From a virus, in IMG/VR virus record IMGVR_UViG_3300034095_001503, positions 13,986-77,985 of that record: DNA of 64,000 bases; one strand, written 5' to 3'. A program made the translations under genes and the position numbers. Positions 9,348 through 19,686 of this stretch are shown one piece after another. Each line of letters begins with the position of its first letter. The stretch's first letter is position 1. The notes under the pieces were generated by a model. The model was not told the origin of the DNA. It searched no databases and saw nothing but the letters and a program-made list of their open reading frames with translations.

Positions 9348-11483
9348 TTAATCGCAAAACCAAATGTCCAAGACACCATTTGTTTTATTATAAGTCCTAT
9401 ATACCGTATAATTAACAGTAAATCCATTTGCGTCCAAAATATTAATATCTGCTAACGATATATAAGGTACATCAAAACCTTGACAACCAAATTGACTATT
9501 TTTAAAGTTAGTTGGTTGTACAAAATCTGATGGCACTATTACATAACCATAACTATTTGTATTTGACGAAAAAGTTATAAAATTGTTAATAATTTCATCA
9601 CCTAAAGTAAACATTAAATTATTAACATCATTCAATGTGATGAAACTAGTTGGTAATTTACCATAATAATACCCACTAGGTGCTTTTATTATCGTTGTAC
9701 TCACACCATTTAATCCTAACATGTAATTATTTTGTATATCGTTATATGTTAAATCACATATGTTGAATCTAAATTGCTCAATACCACCAATAAATGTACC
9801 AGCAAAATTAGTTTCTATTGGTAATTTTCTATCATTTAAATCTAAACCATCAAATGTTTGGCTTTCTAATAAACCCAATGAACCACCACCTAAACTAAAG
9901 TTAAATGGAACACCTATTTGTTTGTCTTTATATTCAAATAAACGTCTTGCAATAAATTCATCAAATTCTTCAACTACAAATTTTAATTTGGCGTTTACGT
10001 AAAACATTAATCTACCTTTTCTACGTTTAGATGTTTTTAATTGACAATCATCTTCGTAATCTGTAATGAATCTAATAACAACATAATTCCATTCATTTGG
10101 CATAACCATATTAGGTTCTGAATATTTTTCCTCTATGGTAACACCACTAACATATGTTCTTTCACCAGTTGTTGATGTAATACAAGCACCAGTATATGTC
10201 AATAATCTATAACCAATACTACCATTGTCTTTTATTCTAAAACCTAAAGCGTTATCTATAATATCTAAATTATAATCCAATTCAGTAATTGGAGATGTTA
10301 AACCACTAAAACTACAAATAGTTTGATTTCCTAAACCATCGTTAGGACCAGAACAAGCTGAACAATTACATGTACTACCAGAACTTGCTCTACCATAAAT
10401 CAAAAATGGGTTTTGATTATTTGTTTTTCTTTCAGCTGTTTTAACTACAACAATACCATTACCATCATAAGAACATACTGTTTGACTACCTAATCCATCG
10501 TGAACATTACCACAAACACCACAAGTATCGTGTGTATCATTTGTGTCTGCTGAAAATACATAAGTACCAGTACTAGCTGTTGATAAACTATATCCATCAT
10601 CTCTAGCTCTACCATAAATTAAAAATGGGTTGGTTATTAAATCAATTTCAACTTGAGGTGGGTCCAACGGTATTGCAACACCATAACTACCAATTATTGA
10701 TATTTCAGATTCTTTAGGTATTGTACACCAATTACTTAATGTGTCGGTACACCCAGATGGAATAGTACAACCGATAGTACAACCAGTATCAGCACCATTC
10801 CAAATATTCCAGAATTTATTTTCAGCTCTAGTACCCATATAAAAGAAAAATCCTTTATTGTTAGGGTAAATATCATTAAGTGTTGTACCAGTATATGTGC
10901 AAATATCTTGTTTATTTAACCAAAATTCAGCGGCCCATGCTTGATTAATTCTAGTTGGTAAAACTTCATATGAATAACCATCTATTTTATAGTAACCTTG
11001 ATAAAAACCACCACAAAATTGTGCATAAGTTGTAGTACCACTTATAATATCTATTGGATATATAAAATTACCAGTTGTACCAGTAACTCTAGTCATTTGA
11101 AGTCTTGTATCACCAGAAGGAATAACCAAAGTTGTACCAGTCAAAGCACTTAATAAAGCTAAATTACTAGTATCACCACTTGTTTTATTGAATAAAACTA
11201 ATCCATTATCAATTCCCGTTAAACCAATTGTATTAAATGTATATCCAGTATTTATAGCTTGATTCCATGTAACTAAACTATAAATCGATGTTGCTGATAT
11301 TTGACTATTAGCAAAAGTTGTTGGGTTGTTAAAATCATACCAAACTACAAGACATTCACCGTATGCTGGCGGTCCATCATTACAATTATTATATTCATCA
11401 GTAGATAAATAAAAATCCCAATAGTCAGAATTTGACAATTTTAGGTCTAGTTTATTGAAATTAAAGTTTTTAATATTTCCCAT
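9348..11483 (-). CDS. Large Cys/Thr/Gly-rich virion structural protein, possible LamG/ConA-like fold
   Basis: 711 aa; WAAEFWL, WNYVVIRF, LMFYVNAKL and FIGGIEQFRF resemble LamG strands; duplicated NPFLIYGRA...C..C...DGLG.QT.CS module. Confidence 0.6.
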   Translation of the reverse strand: MGNIKNFNFNKLDLKLSNSDYWDFYLSTDEYNNCNDGPPAYGECLVVWYDFNNPTTFANSQISATSIYSLVTWNQAINTGYTFNTIGLTGIDNGLVLFNKTSGDTSNLALLSALTGTTLVIPSGDTRLQMTRVTGTTGNFIYPIDIISGTTTYAQFCGGFYQGYYKIDGYSYEVLPTRINQAWAAEFWLNKQDICTYTGTTLNDIYPNNKGFFFYMGTRAENKFWNIWNGADTGCTIGCTIPSGCTDTLSNWCTIPKESEISIIGSYGVAIPLDPPQVEIDLITNPFLIYGRARDDGYSLSTASTGTYVFSADTNDTHDTCGVCGNVHDGLGSQTVCSYDGNGIVVVKTAERKTNNQNPFLIYGRASSGSTCNCSACSGPNDGLGNQTICSFSGLTSPITELDYNLDIIDNALGFRIKDNGSIGYRLLTYTGACITSTTGERTYVSGVTIEEKYSEPNMVMPNEWNYVVIRFITDYEDDCQLKTSKRRKGRLMFYVNAKLKFVVEEFDEFIARRLFEYKDKQIGVPFNFSLGGGSLGLLESQTFDGLDLNDRKLPIETNFAGTFIGGIEQFRFNICDLTYNDIQNNYMLGLNGVSTTIIKAPSGYYYGKLPTSFITLNDVNNLMFTLGDEIINNFITFSSNTNSYGYVIVPSDFVQPTNFKNSQFGCQGFDVPYISLADINILDANGFTVNYTVYRTYNKTNGVLDIWFCD

Positions 11484-12685
11484 TAGAAGTTTTCTAAATT
11501 AGTTCTTTTCCAACCAGTGCTACTTTTAATATATAAGTAGTTATCGTCTCTTGTTATATTTCCTTCACTACCAGCAGCATCATTTGATGATGTTGGAGTA
11601 TATAAAGGTATAGTTAAGTCTTGAGGTTTAAAATCATTATTTGTAACAAAATCACCATTGGCATCTGTTATCAAATCTGATGATAACCCTTGACCTTTAG
11701 CATGTAATATACTTAAACCACCACCCAAAGCTGTTTGTTGTGTTCCGTTGAAGTTTAACTCAACATTATTATCTTCAGCAAGTATTGTTTGTGTTTCTAA
11801 ATGAGTGTTGTTTGATGTTGTAATACCAGAAGATAATTCTTTAACTGCTTCAACCAATAATGCTGTTACATTATCATAATGAACACCCATATATTGTTCT
11901 GGACTATTAGGGTTTGTAAATGTTAATTCTGGAACAATATTGTTAACTTCTTGAGCGATAAAACCAATTCTAGTATCACCAGTTGGGTTTTCAGTCCAAT
12001 TATATGTTACACCTCTTAATTGATTGACTTTACTCAACGCACCAGTAAGTGTTGTTATGTTTGTTTTAAGTCTTTCATCAGAAGTATTGGTTGTAAGAGT
12101 ACCATCAGAAGTATAATGCAACGCACCAGCTGATGCAGTTGAACCAATACTTCTAAATCTACCATTTCCATTAACATCAAGTATTTGTGTTGGTAATAAT
12201 GTATTTATACCAATATAACCTTGCGTTGCACCACTACCAACTATATTCATAGCCATAGCAGATGGCGAAGCACAATCACCACCAGTCCAAAATCTTATAT
12301 AATCGTCAGTACCAGTACCATCTGAACTAATTATATTTAATCCATTAGATTGCTTGCTAGAATATATGTGTGAATCACCAGGTTTACCATATGCAGAATA
12401 AACTGCATCATCCCAAGCTCTAATACCAATACTAACACTACCACTTTGATTTACAACACTAGTGTCGGTGCTAACACCCATCAGAGCTAAACCAGTACGT
12501 GCTGAAAGAATCACAGCACCAGCACCACCAGGACCAGCTCCATCATAATAAAATTTATTATTAGTACCACCTCTAGCATCTATTACATATGCTGGTGATG
12601 AAGTATTTACACCTATTTTAGAAGCTAATATTGTTGTAGCTGATATGCTAGTTATACCACTAAAGTTATTATTATTGTTTATCAT
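11483..12685 (-). CDS. Tail fibre/spike protein with intramolecular chaperone (Peptidase S74) domain
   Basis: TSDERLKTNI autocleavage motif, LRGVTYNW, IGFIAQEV, YDNVTALLVEAVKEL. Confidence 0.85.
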   Translation of the reverse strand: MINNNNNFSGITSISATTILASKIGVNTSSPAYVIDARGGTNNKFYYDGAGPGGAGAVILSARTGLALMGVSTDTSVVNQSGSVSIGIRAWDDAVYSAYGKPGDSHIYSSKQSNGLNIISSDGTGTDDYIRFWTGGDCASPSAMAMNIVGSGATQGYIGINTLLPTQILDVNGNGRFRSIGSTASAGALHYTSDGTLTTNTSDERLKTNITTLTGALSKVNQLRGVTYNWTENPTGDTRIGFIAQEVNNIVPELTFTNPNSPEQYMGVHYDNVTALLVEAVKELSSGITTSNNTHLETQTILAEDNNVELNFNGTQQTALGGGLSILHAKGQGLSSDLITDANGDFVTNNDFKPQDLTIPLYTPTSSNDAAGSEGNITRDDNYLYIKSSTGWKRTNLENF

Positions 12686-12700
12686 ATTTATTATTTATTT

Positions 12701-14968
12701 TTAGAATGTATTTTTATCATATAGTAATTCAACGTTACAAGTCCAATCAATCGTTTTACCAATCTCACCAGTAACATCAATATACATATTAGGTCCAGAT
12801 ATAACGAAACTTGAAGAGGCTGTTGTAAATTCACTCTTAATGATATAATCAACAACTCCAATTTGTGTTACTGGAGTTGCACCAGTAGAATTAACTCTTA
12901 CCCACGATGTTATTTCAGCAGCATAACCCAACATTTTATCACTTGATATTCCTCTAACGTGAGACTTAATTTGAACTATACTAGTATTAGTTGTGGCTGG
13001 GTCCATATCACAATATATCATTAAAGTCGTTGTATTATCACTCGTTTGCATACAACCACCTCTTTTATCATCTGTAACTGTAATTTGTGGATATCCAGAT
13101 GGTGAAAATTTATATTGATGTTTATCAGTTATAATATTAGTTGAACTCCATTTTTGGTAACCATTATCCGTTATTGTTGATAATATACTAGATGGTGTGT
13201 GATTAGTTTGTGATAATATAGTATTAGAAGTATCTTCTGATTTAATACCAGTTCCGTAATTTATTCCTAGTGGGTCTAATGAAATAGTATCTGTTAGACC
13301 CAAGGCTATATCAGTAACCGTTGATGTTATAGATGTTGGGGTAGACATAGTTAAAGAACCAACTCCAGTATTCTCTGTGATATATGTATAACCAGTAAAT
13401 GCTGATGAACCAGAAACAACATTTCCAGATGAATCTAAACCTAAGTTAATTAAGCTAGTACCACTTCCAATAGTTTTAATATTCAATGCATTCGTATAAA
13501 CAGTATTAGCTGATGTACCAGTTATACCCTCACCAAAAACAATCGTATTCGTATTGGTTGCACTTGAATTTCTACCATGTACAAATGATTGAAGACCAGA
13601 TGCTACACTACCAGAACCTCCACCAGCATGACTATAAGCACCACTAGCTGTAGTAGCAAAACCTTCAGCATGTGACATTTGACCACTTGCTAGTGTAACA
13701 GAACCTTCAGCATGACTATAATTACCAGTTGCTGAATTACCATTATTTTGTGCATGTGAAAATATACCACTAGCTATAGTTGACCCACCTTCAGCGTGTG
13801 AACCAACACCAGATGCTATTGTGTTACTACCTTCAGCATGTGACCATGTACCACTAGCAATCGTACTATTACCTTCAGCATGACTTGTTGTACCAGACGC
13901 AATTGTACCATTACCTTCAGCATGACTATAAGCACCACCAGCTACCGTGAAATTACCTTCAGCATGCGATGTATTACCAGATGCTATTGCTACAACACCT
14001 TCAGCATGTGAATTAGCACCACTAGCAATAGTAGCGTTACCTTCAGCATGTGCTGCATAACCAGTAGCAGTTGTACTTTCACCTTCAGCATGTGTTCCTC
14101 CTGGTCCATTAGATATGGTGAATTGACCCTCAGCGTGAGAGTTAACTCCACCAGCATAAGTTGTTTGACCTTCGGCATGACTATTATTACCTATGGCTTG
14201 TGTGTAACTACCTTCAGCATGAGAAGCTGTACCACCAGCTATTGTTTCTGTACCCTCAGCTACAGAAGTATCACCAGTGGCAATACTAGCAGAATTTCCT
14301 AATACAGCTGAATTAGCACCAGTACCAGCAGTCCATATAGTTGAACCAGATGATGAACCATTATATTGCCACTCACCCATTCCTTCAGAATCCAAACAAG
14401 TCCAAACATAACCAACTTGAGGGTTTTCTGTTATAATAAGTCTTTGTGTTCTTGTAATACCAGAAACATCATTCCATATAGTTCTACCAGTAAAATCTAA
14501 ACCAATTGTTTCTAAAATTTGTAATTGTTGTGATGTTATATCACCACTATAAGCACCACCACCTAAATTAGTGAAAGTATTAGCATACATTGAATAACTA
14601 ACACCAGTATAATGTGTATACCCAGTGTTTCCATCAATATTAAATAAACTACTAACATCTGGTGTAAATATTGCACCAGTATTTTGTGTTGTAGCTGAAT
14701 TTGATGGTGTGATTGCAGACAAACTTGAATCACCTAAACTCATTCTAGTATCAGCCCATGTGAAAATTGTTGTTCCACTATTTCCAGAGAAAGTACCAGT
14801 AAGATTATTAATAGTTTGCGTTATTGAACTTAAATTTGTATTAGGTCCAGTTGGTAAATCACCATAAGGCACACCAAAATATGTCCCACCAGATAATATT
14901 GTTGTAGTTTCTATTCTTTGTTTTACTTGTCTATTGTCAGAAAAGTCTAATTTTGTTCTAAATCCCAT
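12701..14968 (-). CDS. Fibre/adhesin-like protein with 14-aa SHAEG repeats (YadA-head-like beta-roll)
   Basis: About 16 ASGxxSHAEGxxT repeats. Start placed at ATG 14968 (MGFRTKLDF) because the promoter motif lies at 14987-14994. Confidence 0.8.
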   Translation of the reverse strand: MGFRTKLDFSDNRQVKQRIETTTILSGGTYFGVPYGDLPTGPNTNLSSITQTINNLTGTFSGNSGTTIFTWADTRMSLGDSSLSAITPSNSATTQNTGAIFTPDVSSLFNIDGNTGYTHYTGVSYSMYANTFTNLGGGAYSGDITSQQLQILETIGLDFTGRTIWNDVSGITRTQRLIITENPQVGYVWTCLDSEGMGEWQYNGSSSGSTIWTAGTGANSAVLGNSASIATGDTSVAEGTETIAGGTASHAEGSYTQAIGNNSHAEGQTTYAGGVNSHAEGQFTISNGPGGTHAEGESTTATGYAAHAEGNATIASGANSHAEGVVAIASGNTSHAEGNFTVAGGAYSHAEGNGTIASGTTSHAEGNSTIASGTWSHAEGSNTIASGVGSHAEGGSTIASGIFSHAQNNGNSATGNYSHAEGSVTLASGQMSHAEGFATTASGAYSHAGGGSGSVASGLQSFVHGRNSSATNTNTIVFGEGITGTSANTVYTNALNIKTIGSGTSLINLGLDSSGNVVSGSSAFTGYTYITENTGVGSLTMSTPTSITSTVTDIALGLTDTISLDPLGINYGTGIKSEDTSNTILSQTNHTPSSILSTITDNGYQKWSSTNIITDKHQYKFSPSGYPQITVTDDKRGGCMQTSDNTTTLMIYCDMDPATTNTSIVQIKSHVRGISSDKMLGYAAEITSWVRVNSTGATPVTQIGVVDYIIKSEFTTASSSFVISGPNMYIDVTGEIGKTIDWTCNVELLYDKNTF
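13570..14290 (-). repeat. 42-nt (14-aa) SHAEG coding repeats
   Basis: ACCTTCAGCATG recurs at ~42-nt spacing on the + strand. Confidence 0.85.
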
Positions 14969-14978
14969 ATTTTTATCG

Positions 14979-15024
14979 GTTTTATTATAAATATTCCACA
15001 ATTTGAATATATTTATAATAAAAC
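14979..15024. promoter_or_regulatory. Divergent pair of putative late promoters (16-bp inverted repeat)
   Basis: GTTTTATTATAAATAT-N14-ATATTTATAATAAAAC between divergent genes. Confidence 0.7.
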
Positions 15025-15031
15025 TTAATTT

Positions 15032-15526
15032 ATGGCAACATTTAAAAAGAAAAAATTACAAGAGTTGGTTGGTGGCGATATGACATCTAGTGGTGGTGAT
15101 AGAAATGTGACTAACAATAGTGAAATTGAAACTGGTCCAGTTCAAAAAGATTTTAAAGATAAATCATCTTATGAAAAAGGTGTTTCGACAACAACTGATA
15201 AAGTGTTTGGTCATTATAGACAAAATATTCCATGGTTTGCTGTTTATAGTTTTGGTGGTTCTAGAACTGGTGGTATACCTATTAGTTATGGTCTTAATGA
15301 AGATAATAAAAATATAATTATCACTAAAAAAACTGTTGAAGAAAAAATTGAAGATTTAGTTAAAAAAAGTAAATCATCAGAAATAAATAAAAAAGATTAC
15401 AACCCTAAAGTTGAAAAAGTATTGGATGAGATTTCTGATTTGGATTTATCTGAAAAACAAATTGAAGAATTACTAAAAGCACTTGAAGATAAAAAGAATA
15501 ACCCTTCTAAAACAAAAAACATATAA
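15032..15526 (+). CDS. Hypothetical protein, probable head-internal protein
   Basis: 164 aa, charged; LQE and LNE motifs; first gene after the late motif. Confidence 0.7.
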   Translation: MATFKKKKLQELVGGDMTSSGGDRNVTNNSEIETGPVQKDFKDKSSYEKGVSTTTDKVFGHYRQNIPWFAVYSFGGSRTGGIPISYGLNEDNKNIIITKKTVEEKIEDLVKKSKSSEINKKDYNPKVEKVLDEISDLDLSEKQIEELLKALEDKKNNPSKTKNI

Positions 15527-15936
15527 TGAAAACTAGTTTAGATAATACAAATTTTAATCACGACAAACAAGAATTGGATGGTGAAGCGTTGAAAATGCGT
15601 CAATCTAGATTAAAAGCTGAATTAAAAGCTGGTACTATTACACCAGATGGTGAAAAAGATTTAGAAGAGATAACAAAAAAACTAGAACACGCTAGAAATA
15701 TAATCAACAATGGTAAAGAAATTACTAAAGATGTAGATTATAGAAATACATTTAGAAAAGAACAAAAAGTTATGAATGTAAATTCAGCATCAGTTTCTAA
15801 AAAAAGTGATAAATCTGGTGATGTTAGTAATATATTATCAAATAAACAAGCAATGAAAGAAGAAATTTCTTCTATTAGATATTTAATAGAGTACATGAAT
15901 AACAATAATAACAATAACAAAAAACAAAACTTATAA
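15526..15936 (+). CDS. Hypothetical protein, probable head-internal protein
   Basis: 136 aa; start overlaps the previous stop; C-terminal MKEEISSIRYLIEYM helix. Confidence 0.7.
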   Translation: MKTSLDNTNFNHDKQELDGEALKMRQSRLKAELKAGTITPDGEKDLEEITKKLEHARNIINNGKEITKDVDYRNTFRKEQKVMNVNSASVSKKSDKSGDVSNILSNKQAMKEEISSIRYLIEYMNNNNNNNKKQNL

Positions 15937-15939
15937 ATT

Positions 15940-16440
15940 ATGCCAGCTCCAGTTCCTTACAACGGTGGTCAATCTAGATTAGAATACTACGCATTAAACG
16001 GTAACGTAACAGTTAATGGTGGTCTAGGAAGACCAGTATTAATCAACCAAACAACATTATACTACGGTCATTCATTCAAGAATCCATTATTAAGTTCACC
16101 TAATGATATCTATGGTTTAGTTCACACTAACGCAATTAACGATATACCAACACCTTTTAGAGGTAAAGGTACCAATGATGGTATCAATGTTACCAATACT
16201 TATATGGGTATGATGGCAAGAAATAACTACAAAGGTGGTGATGATTTCGATATAAACGGTGGTAACGCTGGTATGCAAGCTGGTGTCAGTATTGCTGGTC
16301 AAGCAATTGGTCGTAAATCATCACTAATTCTTAATTTCTCTACTTGGGGATACCAACCAGACCAAAGTGGTGCTGGGGCAGATACAGACTGGTACCACCT
16401 ACCTAACATGTCTCTTAATGTTGGACAAGTAATTATTTAA
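15940..16440 (+). CDS. Hypothetical Gly/Asn-rich protein
   Basis: 166-aa ORF in the operon; many C-ending codons suggest high expression. Confidence 0.7.
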   Translation: MPAPVPYNGGQSRLEYYALNGNVTVNGGLGRPVLINQTTLYYGHSFKNPLLSSPNDIYGLVHTNAINDIPTPFRGKGTNDGINVTNTYMGMMARNNYKGGDDFDINGGNAGMQAGVSIAGQAIGRKSSLILNFSTWGYQPDQSGAGADTDWYHLPNMSLNVGQVII

Positions 16441-16456
16441 TTATTTAATTTTTTAC

Positions 16457-17224
16457 ATGAAACTTTACAATTTATATCAAGATATTATATTAGAAGAAAT
16501 AACTAAAGCTAAGTTGTTGGCTGAAGCAATGTCAACAACTGATGTGGATACTATTTTAGATGGTGACCCAAAGAGACAAGGTGTGTATTTTAAAGTTAAT
16601 ATTAAATATAAAGATGAAGATGGTGAAGTTGCTAATAGATTTATAGAAGTCTATCAAAGAAATATTTCAACTGCAAATAACCCTTTGATTGATGCTTATC
16701 AGTTATCTAAAAATAACAAAAACAGTGGTATTAAATTAAAATTAGATAAACAAAATAGATTAGTACCAGCAGTAGATAAAAATGGACAACAAGTAATTGA
16801 AGATTATGAAGGGTGGAGAAAATTTAGATTAGATAGAATTCTATCGTTTAAAGTTAGTAAAGTTGCTTACTTTAAACCTAGACCTGGATTTAATGATAAA
16901 GGTAATAATTCATCAACAGTAAGTTCAACACAAAAAATTGCTGGTGATACAACTAGTTACCAATATAAAGATACAACTCTTAAACAAAGAAAACAAACAC
17001 AACAACAAGCACAAACTGCTAAAGTTGATTTGAAAAATAAAAGTTATGGTGATATTGAAAAACAAAGAAAAGATAAATTGAGAGGTGATTTAGAACAACA
17101 ATTACAAAATCAGTTGAAACCACAACCAGAAGCTCAACCGCAACCAACAGTTGAACCAAAACAAAATATTCAAGAACCAGAAATTGGTGATGAATTAGAT
17201 AATAAAGATGAATTAAATAAATAA
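16457..17224 (+). CDS. WYL-like domain protein without an HTH
   Basis: VNIKY...RFIEVY...LIDAYQ...GWRKFRLDRI is the WYL signature; N-terminal ILEE/LLAE; Gln/Pro-rich tail. Confidence 0.7.
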   Translation: MKLYNLYQDIILEEITKAKLLAEAMSTTDVDTILDGDPKRQGVYFKVNIKYKDEDGEVANRFIEVYQRNISTANNPLIDAYQLSKNNKNSGIKLKLDKQNRLVPAVDKNGQQVIEDYEGWRKFRLDRILSFKVSKVAYFKPRPGFNDKGNNSSTVSSTQKIAGDTTSYQYKDTTLKQRKQTQQQAQTAKVDLKNKSYGDIEKQRKDKLRGDLEQQLQNQLKPQPEAQPQPTVEPKQNIQEPEIGDELDNKDELNK

Positions 17225-17227
17225 AAT

Positions 17228-17806
17228 ATGGATTCACCAGCACCAGTAAATTTAGCTGCTTTAAAAGGTATCTTAGCCAAAGCTAAAACCGTTATGAATA
17301 AAATAGAGGAAGCTAATCCTAAAGGTAGACAAAAAGTAAGAGAAAGTTATGATGATGGATACTCCAATCAACCAATTTATGATGAATCGGATGAAAGAGA
17401 ACCAGTTTATGAAAACTTTACGCCTAGTACACCTTCACAAATGCAACCTCAAATGTATACTCCAGAACAAGTTATGGCATCAAAATTGCCAGCAAATGTA
17501 AAAGAAGCTATGCTTAAAACACCAATACCACAATTGCAAGGACCACCCTCTAAATTTAGTTTAGAAGATTTAAGTGATTTAATAGAAAAACCTAAAAATA
17601 ATTACAAACCATCTGGTGTTCCATTACATGAAAGTTCTGGTAATTACCAACCACAGTCGATTGACCCTAATATGTTAAAGGCAATGGTAAAAGAAGCTGT
17701 CAATGAATACTTCAAAGAATCTTATGAAAAAAGGATAACTGAAGAAGCAATCAAAAAGACAATAAATGTTTTGATAAAAGAAGGTAAAATAAATACAAAA
17801 AAATAA
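17228..17806 (+). CDS. Hypothetical protein (probable head/scaffold-associated)
   Basis: 192 aa with VRE, LHE, VNE and ITE motifs and SKLPANVKEAML. Confidence 0.7.
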   Translation: MDSPAPVNLAALKGILAKAKTVMNKIEEANPKGRQKVRESYDDGYSNQPIYDESDEREPVYENFTPSTPSQMQPQMYTPEQVMASKLPANVKEAMLKTPIPQLQGPPSKFSLEDLSDLIEKPKNNYKPSGVPLHESSGNYQPQSIDPNMLKAMVKEAVNEYFKESYEKRITEEAIKKTINVLIKEGKINTKK

Positions 17807-17813
17807 AATATTC

Positions 17814-17841
17814 AAAAAGGGCTTTTTTAAGGCCCTTTTTT
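17814..17841 (+). terminator. Intrinsic terminator
   Basis: AAAAAGGGC-loop-GCCCTTTTTT. Confidence 0.8.
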
Positions 17842-17842
17842 A

Positions 17843-17872
17843 TTTACATATATTTTTTAAAGATTATATTTG
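17843..17872 (+). promoter_or_regulatory. Putative host-sigma (early/middle) promoter
   Basis: TTTACA-N16-TATATTTG; the downstream box matches Bacteroidota TAnnTTTG. Confidence 0.5.
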
Positions 17873-17904
17873 TTTTATTAATAAAAAGTTTTTAAATAAA
17901 ATTT

Positions 17905-19176
17905 ATGAAAAAATTAAAAGTACTAGTAGTACCTAGCGATAGAACTGGAGTTTCTTATTTCCGCTCAACTAACCCACATATTGCGTTAGAAAGTAATTAC
18001 CCAAATGAATTCCATGTTGATGTGGATTATGAACCTCAAATCGATAACGATGAATGGTTAAAACAATATGATATAATTCATTATCACAGAACTTTGGGAC
18101 ATTATGACCAAATGCCAGCTTTGTTGGAAAGAACAAAACGTTTAGGTATTGTAACTATCATGGATTTAGACGATTATTGGTCACCTGGACCACATCACCC
18201 AGCTTATTACCTTATTAAATCAGCAAATATTGATAAAATGATTTTAGACAATATTAAAGTTGCTGAGAATGTAATAACAACAACAACATTGTTTGCTGAT
18301 GAAATTAAAAAATACAATAAAAATGTATTTGTTTTAGCTAACGCTATTAACCCAACTGAAAAACAATTCACACCTAAATTAGAACCATCAAATGGTCGTG
18401 TTAGAATTGGGTGGTTAGGTGGTTCATCTCACTTAAAAGATTTAGAAATACTTAAAGGTATTGTCGGTAAACTTAAAGTTGATGGATTATTAGATAAAGT
18501 ACAATTTGTGTTGTGTGGTTTTGATACTAGAGGAACGCATACTGAAATCGACCAAACTACTGGACAACAAAATACTAGACAAATTAGACCAATTGAAAGT
18601 GTTTGGTATGAATACGAAAAAATCTTTACTGATGATTATAAAACTGTTAGTCAAGGATATAAAGAATTTTTGATGAAATTTATTCCAAATTCAGAATTTG
18701 AAAATGTTGCAAACGAACCTTATAGACGTGTTTGGACTAAACCAATTTCGACATATGCCTCTAACTATAATTTATTTGATATTTCATTGGCACCAATTGA
18801 AGATAATATCTTCAACAAAGTGAAAAGTCAATTAAAAGTTATTGAAGCTGGTTTCCACCATAAAGCAATTATTGCTCAAGATTTTGGACCTTACAAAATA
18901 GATATAAAAAATGCTATACAATATGGCGGTGGTTTTGATTTAGAAGCTAACGGTATTTTGATAGACCCAAAGAAAAACCATAAAGATTGGTATTCTGCAA
19001 TTAAAAAATTAATTCAAAATCCAGAAGTGGTTGCTGCATTGCAAGAAAATTTATACAACACTGTAAAAGATACTTACTCAATGGATAAAGTAACTGAAGA
19101 AAGAAGAGAATTGTATTTAGGTTTGTATGAAAAAAACAAAATAACTAAAAATAAAAAAGAAACTGAAAACGCATAA
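17905..19176 (+). CDS. Glycosyltransferase, GT-B (GT4-like)
   Basis: DRTGVSYFR, MDLDDYW, RIGWLGGSSHLKDL, DISLAPI..N.FNKVKSQLKVIEAG. Confidence 0.85.
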   Translation: MKKLKVLVVPSDRTGVSYFRSTNPHIALESNYPNEFHVDVDYEPQIDNDEWLKQYDIIHYHRTLGHYDQMPALLERTKRLGIVTIMDLDDYWSPGPHHPAYYLIKSANIDKMILDNIKVAENVITTTTLFADEIKKYNKNVFVLANAINPTEKQFTPKLEPSNGRVRIGWLGGSSHLKDLEILKGIVGKLKVDGLLDKVQFVLCGFDTRGTHTEIDQTTGQQNTRQIRPIESVWYEYEKIFTDDYKTVSQGYKEFLMKFIPNSEFENVANEPYRRVWTKPISTYASNYNLFDISLAPIEDNIFNKVKSQLKVIEAGFHHKAIIAQDFGPYKIDIKNAIQYGGGFDLEANGILIDPKKNHKDWYSAIKKLIQNPEVVAALQENLYNTVKDTYSMDKVTEERRELYLGLYEKNKITKNKKETENA

Positions 19177-19178
19177 TT

Positions 19179-19676
19179 ATGGCTAGAAAAGATGATTTAA
19201 AACTTTTATTTAACTTCATGATTGAGTTATTAAAAGACGAACAAGAAACAAATACTGTTAAAGAACAGACAATTAAGTATGAGGTACCTAATATTACACC
19301 AAAAGAGTTTAACGAAATCACCAAACAAGTTTTAACTGAAAACCAAAATGATTCAGCTAAACATATTTTGGAAGTGATGAAGCGTGCTGAACTTATGGAT
19401 AAAATGAGAAGTACTGTAATCGCTAGACCTAAAGTTGTTCCACCATCATTAAGAGATGATGATGAAATAGCTCAAAATGATAGAGAGGCAATCAATACCC
19501 ACAAAGCAGAAAAGAAAAATAAAAACATTAAAAATATTTTATCTGATGCTAAAGGGTTTATGGATGAACTAGAATTTAAAAAACCATTGGTTCCAAGTGT
19601 ATCACTTCATGAATTAGCTGAAAAGGAATTAGCTAAAAGTATTATGAGGTCTGAAGAAGAAAAAATTGAAAAATAA
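19179..19676 (+). CDS. Hypothetical protein
   Basis: 165-aa ORF tightly coupled to the upstream gene. Confidence 0.7.
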   Translation: MARKDDLKLLFNFMIELLKDEQETNTVKEQTIKYEVPNITPKEFNEITKQVLTENQNDSAKHILEVMKRAELMDKMRSTVIARPKVVPPSLRDDDEIAQNDREAINTHKAEKKNKNIKNILSDAKGFMDELEFKKPLVPSVSLHELAEKELAKSIMRSEEEKIEK

Positions 19677-19686
19677 AATATAAAGG

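Noticed and set aside
1-15000. Diversity-generating retroelement acting on the fibres
   Set aside because: No reverse transcriptase and no TR/VR pair differing only at adenines seen in this window.
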